The notes under the pieces: model-generated
What the model was told of the DNA's origin: nothing
Seen by the model: only the letters and a program-made list of their open reading frames with translations
Databases searched by the model: none
Translations under genes and position numbers: made by a program
Assembly (NCBI GenBank): GCA_030704615.1
Contig: CM060732.1
Location: forward strand, 76,260,001 to 76,324,000
From: Takakia lepidozioides
Taxonomy: Eukaryota; Plantae; Bryophyta
DNA: 64,000 bases
Direction of reading: 5' to 3'
Shown: positions 37,272 through 52,300 of the stretch, in pieces
Layout of the letters: each line of letters opens with the position of its first letter
Position numbering within the stretch: the stretch's first letter is position 1

Positions 37272-38215
37272 GAGTGACAGCTCACAAATCAGGCCCCTGA
37301 AAAAGTAACCTCTTTCAAAGTAACCTTGCCGTGAAGGATTTCGCATGGGACACCGCCCAAGGTAAGGGGGAGACCAACATACCAACATACCAGTGTTGGT
37401 CTGCTATTGGATTGAGCACCTGGTATCAACCCTGGTATCAGAGAACAGAGCAGCCTGGTCCTAGATCTGAGAGACCTAGGCTGATACCAATGCACAGACG
37501 AAGTAGGTTTTGGAAAAAATGACGTAGACCAGACCAGCCTGGTATCAAGCACTAGAATTCATTGTTGATACTCGCTCCGCATGTTTTGTAGCCGTCACTC
37601 CACCGGTATCAATGCTTGCTATACTTTTGTGGCATATTTGTTGGGATTTTATGCAAGTTAAAAAATGACACACAATAATCTTCCGGAGGATACACCAAGA
37701 TGTTTGGATTGAGCAATTTTAAAATTGTCATGAACAACTTTTCGACAAGTATCCATCGTGCATGACCTAATGGTAGAAACAACCTTCCGTAAGGTGTTAA
37801 ATATATTTGTTTGGATTTTATGCAAGTTAAAAAATGATTTAAAGGGTATCCCAATATGTTTGGATTGAGCAATTTAAAATTTGACATGAACAACCTTCCG
37901 GTAGGTATCCATCAAACATAACTCAATGATAAAAATAACCTTCAATAAAATAAAAAGATTTGTTTAAATTCTACTTAATTGAAAAATTGACAAGCACAAC
38001 CTTCTGGAGGATATAATAACATTGAGGAATTTTCAAAACTAGGAACAACCTTTCAACAGGTACCCATCAAACAAGACTCAATGATAAGAACCATCTTATG
38101 TAAGGTAAATCTATTTATTGGGATTATATTCTATCGGAAAATGAGCATTGTTACTATGAAAGAGATTATTTTCTCCTCACTATAATTAAGGGGCCTGATT
38201 TGTGAGCAGCCGCTC
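37272..38215. mobile_element. Non-autonomous TIR element with internal tandem repeats
   Basis: 27-bp imperfect inverted repeats GAG(T/C)G(A/G)C(A/T)GCTCACAAATCAGGCCCCT at both ends, about 3 internal repeats at 37630-38120, and CCTGGTATCA motifs. No TSD found. Confidence 0.65.
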
Positions 38216-40306
38216 TTTTCTGTTTCTAATATATTTTCTTACAATATGAGAAGTATAATTTTTTGGGGACATACTACCGTACTTACCTAGCTTATTAAGC
38301 AATAATTAATTCAAAATGAAGTGCCTAACTAAATTTTGAACATTTTTGGAAAATGTGCCTAAAACTTGGAAAAAACACCTAGTGCCTAATTGCTCGAAAA
38401 AATGTTTTTAAGTTTTTTGAAAAACAAATTACCTCAACAATAGGTCTTGGGGGAGGTAAGAAAAACAATTGTTCATTATTATCCAGGGTCGACTGTAATA
38501 CATGCCTAATGTTTGGAAATTACCTAGATGAGGTGCCTCAATAATAAAAACGAATCTGCCTAATAATATTCAATTTTTATTAATTATTAGCCGGTAGATA
38601 GTAATCATACTGAGGGTATAGGTTGGGGGAGGAAGTAGGGGCAGGCCAGGGAAAGGGAAAGGCGGGCCCAAGAGTGTTTAGAGGAGTGGCGAGCCAGTTT
38701 TGGCGAGCTAGACCAAGGCATGGAGTGGGCGGCCCCACATGTGTGGCCAGGCGTGTGGAGCCTCGGGCGCCCTGCAACTAGGGGTTGACGGTAAATGTCA
38801 GGTCTAGCATTTAGCGACCTGGCCAAGAAACTTCGTAGCCTGCCTAAGTTACAGATCAAAGAGTATACAGCACCTGGCAGACTTGTCTTCCTGCCTTGTT
38901 TTTCCTCCCTGTCTTCTCTCTCACAACTTAAGATCACTTTGAGATCATTTGTGCACTCATCATCATCAATCTTGTCACCTTGATGCAGGATGCAAAAAAC
39001 TATCTCAGAAAACCCCGATACGAAACAGGTTTCCCAGGGGGAGCAGTGATGATGACCTTAGCATAACGATGATCAAGACCTTTTCAGGATCACACTAGTA
39101 GCACGGAGAAAAATGTCTCATAATAAGTAACCAAGCCACATTGTAGCTTTGCAACAAAGGCCCATGAAAAGCCATCCAAAATGAATCTGGGACTTTAGCT
39201 AAGAGAAGGGGTGAAAATTTCAAGCAGGAGACGCGGATAGTTTACAAATGCTCTGTCCATTGCACAACATTTCACATGGTGATGAAGACAGCCTAGAGCA
39301 ACCAGCTTGCTACAAGGACCTTACGTTTGGATTGACACATCTACTGCCAATCTCAGGTCAATTTGGATAAGTTTAGAACCTTCAAACCCAGCTGCAATAA
39401 TAAAAGAATACTAAACTAGGCTGAACATAAATCTCCTGTTACATCCCATGGACCCCTTATATTGAAAATTTTGAGCTGGAAAAGGAAACAGGCGGGAGGT
39501 GGACAAGAAGACCAAATTGCAGGATCCATTTCCCTAGGGTGACCAAGTAAATCCAATTGAGAGCACTCAACATGCCCTTTATTGAGACCAAAATGAACAG
39601 AGCCTTGAAATGTATAGATGCCTCAAACACTGCATCCTCCAAATCCTTGCAGTCTGCAGCATACAGTGTGTAAAAGCAGATGTTTCTTTGTTCAACTGCT
39701 TCATATCCATTCCATACTCTGCAATCAACCAGCGAAACAACTGTTACTTTCTTACATTGGAAGAAATTACTTTTAAACCCCAGTAGCATGTTTTGTCACC
39801 TTCATCAAAGCTGTGCCTGCTTCTCATCTCATCTCATCTCATTTCCACATGCCAATTCTCTCTTTTTGCCCTCTCATTTAAGCTACATTTATTTCCTCTT
39901 ACTGAGGGCCATTGCACAGGCCTAAACCGCTTCCTACTGGAAAGACCATGCAACCAAGAACGGACATAAGGCACCAAGACACCTAACTGCTCACAAACAA
40001 ATGAGACCCTTTTGTTCAAGAAATACCTGAAATAGCAGTCCAAGGTTGACAAAGATACTCAAGCCCGACCCGAGATAAATACTGACGGTTTTAGGGCTCC
40101 TTGTTCGAGGATTGATGCACGCCATCTCATTGCCAGTGAGCTCTTAGCACACCCAAATCAAGCAGGGAGAGACAAGTGCTAAGGCTGAACTGGTGATGTT
40201 CCATCGCCACACAAGACAAGTATCATACAAATGGAATGGAATCAATCCTACAGTCTAGGAGTTGAATAGTATTATTAAGACACGGGCCTTGTGACCCTGT
40301 AATGAA

Positions 40307-43300
40307 TCATGATTCCTCGTCTACGGCACCCACATATGTGAGATCACTTCGTCTCACCCTGACTGCTCCCTTCAGCCATCCACAAGCTTTCAAGTTTCCC
40401 ACCTCTCCACCACCCATGGCTCCGCCTGACGCACCAACCCCATCTTCCAGCAGAGTCCATGGATCAACCTCCATCTCTAGGTCTGGCACCAGTACAGTGG
40501 GTTTTCCTTTTCCACTGTTGTTCTCGATGGACAGCGAGATCTTCTGTGAGGCCCCTAGAGGGCCAAATGAAGAGGAACTATGACTATTGGAGACACTCGC
40601 CTGCAAGAGGGCAAGGGCTGCTGCTGGTACTTGAGGGGGTGCAGCTGAAATAGTGGTTGCTGGTCCTGGCAATAATAGTGGCATAGCTGCCTGCAGCCGG
40701 GTACGAACTCCAGCTGGCACCTGCATGTGCTCCACATCCGCCTGCAATAGCAATGCCGACAGAATGTCATGCATAAACCATCATCCATCATGCTCTTGCA
40801 AAACTTGCCTCTGAAGTCACACGACTTTCTTCTCACATTTTGGTTGTCCCCTAATATTTCCAAGAAACCCATTCAATCCATCTTAGCACACTAGTGAGGG
40901 ACATCCTGCCTAAACAAGTTCTCTACACAGTATAATCGAAAGAAAGACGGCTCGATTCACATATCCTTGTAATAAAAACAATTCTGGTGGGAAAATGACA
41001 AAGCGAAAGAAGTAGGAAACTGTGGAGAAAAGAGACAGAAAGTACTCATAAGACCTTGTTTGCCGCAAGGCATGTGGCCATCGACCCCACACCCAGTTTG
41101 GGTGGAACAAGAGGGAACAGACACTACCTTTGCGAGGGGTTTCACTCCAGCGGTGGGACTTACCTTGATATAACCAATTAGTTTGGGCTTTCCAGATGTC
41201 CTCTAGAAAGACCTTCACAAAGAACCAATTTGCTGTGTGAGCTGCGCAGGAATTAGACCCTAAAAGGACCAGGGCTTTAGGCTCAGCCTCAAATTTTGAG
41301 ATGTACTCATAAGACTTTTTTTGCTGTAGCCTTGTGGCCACAGACACCGTGCCCAGTTTGAGCAGAAAAAAAGGGACCAGAAACTACCTTTGTGAGGGGC
41401 TCACTCCTTTTTTGCTGTAGCCTTGTGGCCACAGACACCGTGCCCAGTTTGAGCAGAAAAAAAGGGACCAGAAACTACCTTTGTGAGGGGCTCACTCCGG
41501 TCGTATGACATACCTTGATACAAACACTTAGTTCCGGCTTTCCGGATATCCTCTAGGAAGCCCTTCACACAAGCATCAATCTGCTGTGTGTGAGCAGCCC
41601 AAAAGTTAGATCACAACAGGGCCAGGGCTTTAGGCTCAGCCTTAGAGAGAAACAGAGAAGAGAGAGACAAGAGAGAGAGAGAGACCACTTAAAAACTGTA
41701 TTCTACACATCGACAAGGCACACCTGCATGCGTTCTGCAACCTCCCGGTCAAAAGGTGGAATCTCTCGCAAGGGTTTCCCTGGCCCCTTATTTGAAGGCC
41801 GGGGCTTCAACCAAACTGCCCAACTATTGCTAAGGAGCGCATGTAGAACACTCAACAACCGCTCAAAGAGAGTCTCGCCTGCAGCTGCTGCCGCCGCAGC
41901 TGCAGCACCCTGAGCAGTTCTCTCGAAGTCACCAGCAGAGGACTCCCAAGAGAGCACACAGCAGACTGTATCCACTGCCTCCTGAACAACTCGTGTACCA
42001 AGCAGTCGCAACAGCACTGAGGCCAGCATCTGCCGCATATTTCGCACAGATTGTTGTTCCCTGTCATCATACAATACCCTACCCTTTATTCCCAGCAGCA
42101 ATGCTTTGCAATTCCCTCCATGAGAACACAGGAGAGCTAGGAGTAAAAAATGAACTCCAATATACTTCACAATTCACAACCATTGCCCCACAATACCAAC
42201 TCATTGCTCCAGCACATTGGACAATACCTATGTACCGTCACACCAACAAATGAACATAGGCTACAACCATGCGATGTCCAAAACGATAGAGGTAGCACAC
42301 ACTAAGGAAATCCACACCATTCGACATCTCATTGCAAAGTAGTCCTCAGCGGTACCTGTCGATATGGATGATAGGTAGCAGGGGCAGCAGAAATTGCAGC
42401 CGCAGCCACACAGAAGTTTGCAACGCTGCCGCTGATATAGGTGCAGACTCAGGGGCTGAGGTTGTGAACCTGCGCCCTATGCCTGGGCTACCAACCTCCA
42501 GCCCACTGCGAGCTCCCCGGCGCGTACCTGAACCTTTAGGACCAAGAATGCCATCTCCACCAGTAGCGGTTGTCACAGAGGCTCGACTGGGACTGCGAGT
42601 CAGCACACTGATTTGTTGCTCCAAATTGTTCATTTGCTTCACTAACTCAAACGCAAACCCACTGCGGGTGTCATTGGAACTGCGAGCCAGACAGGGTAGA
42701 ACCAGATCAGCCAACGCCTTCTCAGTTGCAAATGGCCGGCTTGCGGTCCCACTAGACCCCTGACGACCATGCTTCTCATCTGACTTAGGCCAATCCATTC
42801 CGTCATCCTCAACTTCCCCTTCTTCTGGCGAGGCACCCTGCAGCAATTGCTTCCTTTCAGAAGTCTCTGGCAGGTCTCGGTCTTGTTTTGGTGGCTGCCA
42901 GCCCCATGACTTTAATTGCCGGGCACCAATGGAGAACCCCTCGCGATTAGCAATGTTATCAAGCAGCTGCCGCAGAGACTTGCGGCCAACCAACATATCA
43001 CTGCCCTCCAACACCCATTTGACCTGCAATACATGACACACGTGATGGAGAGATTAATAAGCATATTAGCCACAAACAAATGCAAACATTTTATTAATAT
43101 GAGACTTTGGGAAGATGATTCTAGAGAACGAACGTATCTCTATTGCATGAACTTCACCTGCAATATCAAGTACTCCTCCAGAGCCCGCCCAAGTGAATGA
43201 ACAGCTTCGGAATACAGTGCTGCTGCGTCAGGACGAACCAACAAACGTGTGAGCACCACATCCGTGAAAGTCTTCTCACACTCTGCAAGCTGTCCAGTGT

Positions 43301-46300
43301 CTGGTCCTGCTGTGGCTGCCTGAACTGCTTGCTGTGCGCTCGAGGAGTGACTCTTCAGCTTCTCCAACACTACTTGCTCGTTTAGTAATAGACGCAGCTC
43401 CACCCATTGCCAATGGAAGGTAGCCGCCTGCAGCTCATCCAGCACCTGCGACAAATGCTCATCACAGATGAAACTCACTTTTGGGTTTCCAAACTCTTAC
43501 AACAAATATGATTACCAACTCACTCTGCTTTTCCTTCAAACATTTCAGTACGAACTTCAATTATTGACACAAGATCATAACTTCTAACTGAAACTTCCCC
43601 AAAATCAGAAATGGACCGTTGCACACTAAATGAGAGACAAATGGCTACGTCAGACTGTAATGGTGACATTGGTATGAACAATACTCCAGGTACATAAAGA
43701 ACAACCCACAAATCCTTGAGTCTCTCACTCCATAACAAGACCTTTAAGATCATATTGAACCCTACAATTGTTGGACTCAACTCCAACATGACAGCTGTAG
43801 GTTAACTCATTGCAATGGAATTTGGCTTAGGTTGGAATGCATCAAACAAAAGTTGTTAGACATTTAAGTCTCTTGGACGACAAAGCTTCGTCTAAGAAAC
43901 AAGGGTTACAACAAAAGTGACACGACGTGACCATAGTATGAGATCAGAGGAAAAGAATCATATACTAAGCAGGACTATGGACACAATCAGGTCACACATA
44001 CCTGCACGAGTTGTTCAACTTGGCCGGGTTCACTGGCACTCCGGGATCGACCTTGACTGCAAACTTCGTCATCCGGCATTTTGCGGTCCAAAAGAGCATG
44101 CAGAAAGAGACGAGCGCGCAATGGCACCATTGCCAAAGCCTTTGAATAAGCATCTAAACCCTGCATGTCCAGCATAGCAGCATACTCACTCTCGCCAGCA
44201 TCAGAGGACAGGAGGAGGTACAGGGCACGAGTGTCTCGTAAGCACACATCTCGCAACGGTTCATGGGCAACCATATCATTGACTGCTACAGTGACCGCTT
44301 GCACAACTGTGTCTTCACGGTTGCTGTTGTTAGTATAAACAGGCTGTTGCCTGCGCAAAGCAGCAGCAAAGATGGCATATGCAGCTGGAAACACTGTGGT
44401 GAGTGGCATGGAGCGCTGCATACGTGCAAGCGCCAGCACACTTGACTCCCCCAAAAGATCTGCAACAAGTCCCCCCAACACCGTTCGACAATCTCCAATC
44501 AACACACGGAACCAATAAATGTGTGCCTCTGCTACAGTATCTGCTTTAGCCCCCATGCCACCGGCTCGTGATGTGCCATTGGAAGTTGGACCCGCAGATT
44601 TCAAAAGCTGCAAGCTCTCCAGGCCTTCACGAACACGTAGTACAGATACCATGCGCTCAAGGCTTGTAATTCCATTTACCACAACACTTGCCAACAATGC
44701 TGCCACTGCTGCAGCTGCAGTGGTTGCCTTTCCCAGGCCAGGCGACCCTCCCAAGTCACTTGATAAGCCAGAATTTTCTGGAGTTTCGGGAGAGAGATGG
44801 AATTGCGAGCGTGGTGCCCTACCAGGGGGATGCCCCACACCAGTCATAACAGTGGCAGCTGCTTCTGCACCTACTGCAACTTCCAATATACGGCATTGGC
44901 GGTCACCAAGTGCATCCTTCAACAACTGCAGACAGTACACATGCATCTGCAGCACCCGACGGCCACACCTGTGCCACAAAAGTATAGAATCCATCAGTAA
45001 TAAATAGTGAAAGCTCATGGACAGACTCTGTCACATTGCTTGACTTTCACAGCATAGTTTAGGATGGAGACCTGCATTCAGCAACCACCAGCATGGTTCT
45101 TATATTACTTTCCTAGCAGCTGTGACGAGGTCTACAACATCCTTTTACAGCAGCCAATGGGCTGCAGAATGCTACTGGATAAACTGAAGGTTGGGGAAAA
45201 AATAAGATCCACACCTAATGGCAGAGATAGCACTGGCAGTCGTTGCCCCTGTACTATTATAATTTAGAGCATCCAATACATGTACAACAGCTGCCCCTGC
45301 ATTGCAAACAATGGCAGCGACAGCTGCACTAAGAATTCCTGAATCTGCTTGCGGTGCACCCCCTCCGTTCTGCCTGATGGCTTCCATAATCCCCCCAACC
45401 ACCCGCAGGGCACTCTGGAAGCCATCCTCGACCCGATCAGCCCCGCCTTCCCTTGATGCACCTGATAAAGCCAGGTCACGTTCCTTACTCAACATGTTTA
45501 GCATGCCTTCATGCATACCCCGTTGCACAATGTCCTTCATGTTTGACCCAACCCTTGCAAGACGCCCTGTGAGCCGGTGGGGGACAGGGTCATCACGATC
45601 ATCCCCCACACCCCCTACTAGTCCGAATCCACCCTCACTGTCACCAGCTTTAAGAGCCTCCAATTCAGCACCCAGGCGCTGGTCACAAGAAGTTTTCCAA
45701 CTCTTCTCCCACGATTGAACACTGGCCAGCCCCCCATACTTTCGCAACAGATCCCGCACATAGCATAACAAGGCCGAGCACCCAGCCCTTCCTCCTGGAA
45801 CAGCAGCCATTACATTTGCTGCTCGTCGCATTCCTGCAGATAAAGCTTGTGGAAGCAAATCCATTGCAGCCAGTACACCTTCATATCTGTACTCGATATA
45901 ACACCAAGACTGCCAATGAATATCTCTTTAAGTTTCTTTCTTTCAGTGTCCCCCAAGCAAGGGATCACCAGCTGAGATTGACTGCTGGTTATCTTGCCTG
46001 AGTGTAATGAGTACCCTACGTAACTGCTGTCATTCACTCCAACAAAATCGGTATTGCATGACACGTGACAGAAATCTGACACAGGGACCCTTAAAAAACT
46101 GCACAGTATGTAACTAGCTCTCATCCACCTCAAAATAGGTTTGATTGCCCCCGTACATCAGCCACCAAACCAAACTATACTCAGTTAGACAGACAAGACA
46201 GATTCTGGTGTTTTGCCTAGTCTGCTGGCATTCCAGATCAGAAAAATATTACAAAAAAGTACAAATTGTCCAACATGTAAATGGGCTAACACTCGAAAGG

Positions 46301-49300
46301 AATGACCCCAACTATTGCCATATGACACTCTCCCGGTACTCAATAGCGACGTTACTACTGCCCCAAGCCACCTCAGTCCAAGCATTTTACTAGATGCAAG
46401 CAAGGGTACACGAGGAACAGGGTGCCACAGTGCCACTGACCTCCGAAGGCATGACAAAATTGCTGCTTCCCCTACATCACAAGGGGAGCTGTCTTTGCTG
46501 AACGCCAGTGCATTAATGCCTCTGCCCAAATGACCCGGGGGTGTGGCTGGTGGAGTAGCAGCCATGGGCAACAGCCATAGCAAGAGCTGTACCAGCGAAT
46601 GAAAATCATTACCAATATCCATCACAAACATGATCATAGCAAGCTGTTCTTCCCCCATCCGCCACTTAACCAAATTTCCAGTCTCAGGAGGATCAGGAGT
46701 GCCGCCATAAATAGTTCCTTGGTTAGCTAACAAGTTTGGGACAGCAATCCCCCCCTCAATTACCAGGTTGCGCACCAGGCTATCCATCCAGCTGCAAATC
46801 ATGCGCTTCTCACTTACCCGTAGATGCTTCATAGCAGCTCCAATGGCACGCAGTTCATTCATGCTCTGTGCCTTGGTACTGTCCTTCACTTGGGGTACAC
46901 CACCACTCTCAGACACTGGCCGATGGTGTGGGCAACTTACTTTAGCTTCACATATCTGACTGGATGAGGGGCCCTGGCTGCCCTCTGTGCGAGTAGCAGC
47001 CAGCTGTGCTAAACTCTGAGTCTTACGCACGGTCTTTGGTCTCCCACGAGTTGTTTGTTTTGTGGGAGGTTTAGCTGGGGGTTCAACTTTGACCGCATCC
47101 ACTACCTTCGGCCCCTTTTTCAACCACCAAGTTTCATCCTCGTCTCCAACAGCCACTCCAGGACCTTGTGCGACCCATCCTTTCCCTTCATTTGTCTTCA
47201 GCCGCTTACTTCTGCTACATTCCTCACAACCCGGAGTTGGATCTCTCTCCACATTATTACAAGAAGACACAGGCAGTCTCTTCAGGCCATTTGCACCTGG
47301 GGTTGCCATCATATCCAGAGAGTTTGTTGACACACTGACACAACCCTCAGGAAGCTGGAGACATGTGGCAATGAGTTGCTTCACTTCCACAGCCTTCCAT
47401 TTTCTTCTCTTACTCTTGGATTTTCCTGAGGATATTCCCTCCTGGGTATTCTGGAGACCAGGGGATGGTTTTTGCTCTGATGCAGCCCCTGCCCGACTCT
47501 TAGCTCCCTCCTGTGGACCGGTTGACCGCCCATCCTGAGAATCACCCTTGGTTCGTCGGCAACCAAGGCTGTAAAGGACCAGGCGCCGCTCATTTCGGTA
47601 GAGTCGGGCAGCCTCAGACAGTGACTGATCACAATTGCTGATATCATCCATGGTCAATTGTAGGCGGGGGGGAAGATGCTGAAGTATGTGCCTGTGCCGA
47701 GCTGCCCGGCTAATGTCAGCAGAAGTGGCCTGCTGCTCCAACACCCCATTACAAAGCAGCTGCCTCACATAAGAATCAGGTCGGAATAAACCCTCCCGTA
47801 CCAGCTCTGACAGAAGTAACGGCAGCCTCTCTGAGACGTCCTCTCTCCAGAGCTCATGCTGATCAAGCCAGGCATATATCAAGTCATGCATTGCACCAGG
47901 GTTCTTGAGAAGCTCAAAACTTGAAGCACCTTTGCTGCGAGCATGCATGTCCATCCCCTCCACAGATGTGCGCGCGCTCCTTTCTTTCCCTCTCCCCTTC
48001 TTGCTGCGCAATTGCAGTGGGACACTTGCACGAGCCCCAGAAAAGGAAGCATCAAAATTGTCAGACGGTTTTGGCAAGGAGGCCTCCAAGCTACCTTTTT
48101 TCTCCTCCATTGCAGTCATCCTCATGCGGAGGACCGAAACTGCCATATATACACGTGACATGTCTCTAAATGCACTGAGTCTTCTTTCTGACTTACTTGC
48201 GATCCCCCTGCTGTCTCGGAAATCACAGACTGCCCATTCACACAAAAATCTGACAGAGAAAAGCTCTGACGGATTCACCGTGCCCAAAATACTAGACACG
48301 GAACTGGAAAGGAAATCCGCATGCCAATCATCAGGCAAATGTTCACCGCTGCAAAAGTCCTCATCATACACGCACCGGTAAGCACCCATGATGTCTCCCC
48401 CAATCAGAGCTTTGTCTAATCCTTGCACCACTTTACCTTCATTATTCCGTAGAAGGACTGGGTTTACAGCTCTTGCAAGGGAGGTAGCACGTTTCTGTAT
48501 TGAGTCGATCACATCTCTAATCACAAGCTCACGATGCAGCACCCTCTCATCCCTAGCTGATACCTTTGGTCCACCATCTTCCCTTGCGCTTTTGCTCTCT
48601 TGAAATGCAACATCTTCCACATGCCCATCAATACCCTCCAAAGTACCTTCCAAGAGAACAAGACCCTCCCCTCCAGGACAGACACACGGTGGAAGAGGAA
48701 AACAGTCTAATGCAACAAATGTGTCTGGGACTGAGACCAGCAGGTACCGCAATAGCTCCACTAAAGATACTGCCAGAGTCCTATGACGTGATCGCTCCAC
48801 GGGCTTGGGGAGGATGCCCAAAGGGCAAAGCTTTCGCAACCAGTGGAGACATGTTTCAACAAGCCCCCGTACATGTGTTTGTGACAAGGATACACCATCA
48901 ATCAGTTCCAACACAATCGGCAACAAGAGCTCTAGTGCCTCCGGAGTCTCCTTTTCCTGCCAAATGCCACACAGTATAGAGATATAAACCTGATCCTCTT
49001 TCAAACACTCCATCACTACCGGACTGACAAGACATCCTTAGTTGTTGGGGGTTCCCTTCTTCTTTCTTTCAAATGGTTTCCCTTGTATTATACTTTGTGC
49101 CATGGACCTCACAACCACCGAGGACATCATACACTCTCTCTATGTATCTCTCTCTCTCTCTCTCTCTTGGCCACAACGAGCTTATCAAGCACGGTGGCGA
49201 TCCCATGATAGAGGCCCTAGTTCTCCTCTTTAACCTTATCTGGAAGACTGAAATGATCCCCTTTCGCTGGCGACAGGGGGTCATTGTCAATCTATACAAG

Positions 49301-52300
49301 AAGGGTGACAGAGAAGAACCGGGGAACTACCGTGGCATCACCCTCCTCAATGCTGTTGGCAAGACATTCTGCAGAGTTATAAGTACTCGTCTCGAGGTTG
49401 ATCTGGAGTCTAGAGGTTGTTTCCACGAAGGCCAAGCTGGCTTTCGGCGAAACAGGGGCTGTGTGGATCATATCTTCACTCTAAGCCAGATTATCCAGGG
49501 AAGGAAAAAAGAAGGGAAACCCACTTATGTCTTTTTCCTGGATGTCAAAAAGGCTTATGACACAGTGTGGAGAGATGGCCTACGGTTCCGCCTCTGGTCT
49601 TGTGGGATCAAGGGAAAGATGTGGAGAGTTGTCCACAACTTGTATGCTCACACCAAAAGCTGTGTCACTGTTAACGGACAGAAGTCCAACTTCTTTGACA
49701 TAGACCAAGGTGTAGCTCAAGGATGTACTCTCTCCCCTCTGCTCTTCAATGTTTTCATCAATCAACTCCTCGAGGATGTGGAAAGTGAGGGATTTGGGTT
49801 AAGGGTGGGTGATACCACCATACCAGCCCTTATGTTTGCGGATGACTTCGCAGGCATAGGGGAGACTCCAACCAATCTCCAGGAGTTGATTGATTGCGCG
49901 ATGAGATACTTTGATCTCTGGGGGCTAGAGGCTAATGTCAGCAAATGTGCAGTGGTAGCATTCAACGACAGAGGAGAGGGAGGAAGTGATCTTAAGTGGC
50001 AGTGGGGTAGCCAAGAGATCCCGGTCCTCCCTTCCTACACTTACCTGGGCGTTGAGTTCTCCTCCAATTGTAATTGGGATGCACATATCCGGAAAGTTGT
50101 TCAAACTGGCAAGGGCAAAGCTCTGGGGCTCACTAAAAATTTTCCACTGCAGAGGGGTCAACTCTGAGGTTAAGAAAACCATGCTTTGTCACGTTATTAG
50201 ACCTGCCTTGGAGGACGGATCTGCTATATGGGTTGATAACTCCAACCAGGCTAAGTCTCTAGAATCCATTCAAGTGGGGGTGCTTAAGGAGTGTATGTCA
50301 GCATGGTCCAAAACAGCCAATGTGGCTGTTCGGGGTGAGTTTGGCATTCCGTCCTTAAGCTCCCGACGAGATGAATTCAAGGTCAGATGGTGGGGTCAGC
50401 TGCAACATATGCCCAACACCAGATATCCTAAATTAATCGACTCTATATCTTGGAAACAGGACCGCCCTGTCAAACAGGCTAAGTCCTGGCAGAAGAGAGT
50501 AGAAGAGATCCTCAAGGACCTGGACCTGGATCCGCAAGTCTTGACCCTGCTGGATAAATCTGACTTAGAGGCTGTAGTGTCCTCAGCCATGTCTGTTGCC
50601 ATGAGATTGTCTGATGAAAATGAAGTTAGGCAGAAAACTTCCCTGAACTTGTTTCCAGTCTGTGACATGGGGGAGGACATCTTGGATGACCTCAAGGGTC
50701 TACCCACTCTCGGCACTAGACTGAAATTTAAACTGAGGGCAGGAAGCCTACCTTTGAACAGCAAACAGAAGCAGAGAGGAAAGGGATTGTCCGTTGTGTG
50801 GGCAATCTGAAGACAGTATTCATTTTCTGATACACTGTCCGGGGTTCTCTCACCAAAGAGACGCTCATTTCAAATCTATTAAGGGAATTGTGCCTGTACC
50901 CCTGTTTACCAACTTTGAAAGTCTCGAGGCTGAGCCAAAAGCCCAGGCCCTCCTGAGGCCTAGTTTTTGGGCAAATCACACACAGCAGATTGATGCTTGT
51001 GTGAAGGGATTTCTAGAGGATATCTGGAAAACCCGGATTAATTCTTTATATGGAGGTAAGTCTTACTACCAACGTCAGCCCCTGACAGAGGTAGGTTCTG
51101 TCCCTTTTGTTCCCGCTCAAACTGGGCGCGGGGTCAATGGCCACAAGGCTACGGCAAACAATGTCTTTATGAGTACAATCTCTCTCTCTCTAATAATTTT
51201 GAAAGCAGAACATATCTGTTTCTTATATTTCTCTTAGGAGAAATTTGATGTCTATTCTGGATATCCTTTCTTATGCCAAAGTGGAATTAGGGTTTTGTGC
51301 CTTCCACTATCTGCTACTATTACGGACATGGTCTGCGAAGACAGAACGGAGAATGGTACTTCCGTGCAGGTTCCTAATGACCCAACATGACATTTGATGG
51401 CGAACTAATATTTGATATCTTGTGCTAGGCCCTGTAGCAGCAGCATACTGGAGTATATGTGTACACCTTCTACATGATCCGGTCAATGTACATTGCTCTT
51501 CTGGCTGGTCTACTGTAGCCGATGCCTTGTGTCAGAATTAGGAAACCTGAAAATGAGAACAAGGTTAGTACCACCCACTTGACTGTTGATTAAGTTTAGT
51601 CAATGGCACGCCTTACTTCCAGCCACTTGACTCTAAGAAGTCGAATTAGTGGTAATGTTCTATCAGCTGCTAATATGAACTATATGAACAAGGGAAGCAT
51701 GGCAGAAACAGTACTTCTGTCACAATCTTCTGACCGAGAGAGGCCTCTGGAATTTCTTCTGTGGTACCAGTGGCATTGGCTCCAGCTTTGCTGAAGATTC
51801 CGTAGCCTCTTTCTACTCAAACGCATCACATGGTGGTGGCTAAGTGATCTACTCCAGTGACTCCCTTGCATGGCTGTACCCAAGTGGGGTTTATGCTGTG
51901 ATATTGGACATTATACTTACTGATTCATGTTGGAAAGCTATAGCATGCAAATGGGCCTGCCATTCACCTCACAAATCCTCACTAACCCACATCATATGCT
52001 TGTGGTGTTTTTTGAGACAGGTGCAGGTGAGGGCCTCTCTTCATCTATGAGTTTTTGGGTTTGTGTCTGAAATCACGGAGCTGGATATGGTGTTGTCTTG
52101 CAGTTATGAGAAGGTTGCTTACTTGCAGTGAGCAGCTAATGTTATGGTGCTACTACCTATGAGAGGACTTCAAGAAAGAATATCAGCGGATTGCCCTCTC
52201 CAGGGATCCAACCTGTACTCTGAGATTTTCCCAATCTGCTAGGTTAGTGATATAGTGCATTGTAACGATGCATCACTATGAGGTATATTATCTTATCATG

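Noticed and set aside
39040-39115. C-box-like GTGATGA suggesting a snoRNA, plus a CACTAG motif
   Set aside because: No matching D box or terminal stem, and no partner TIR.
48957-49016. ORF-track start of the 943-aa ORF as an independent gene
   Set aside because: It is intronic read-through upstream of the MED12 exon 9 acceptor.
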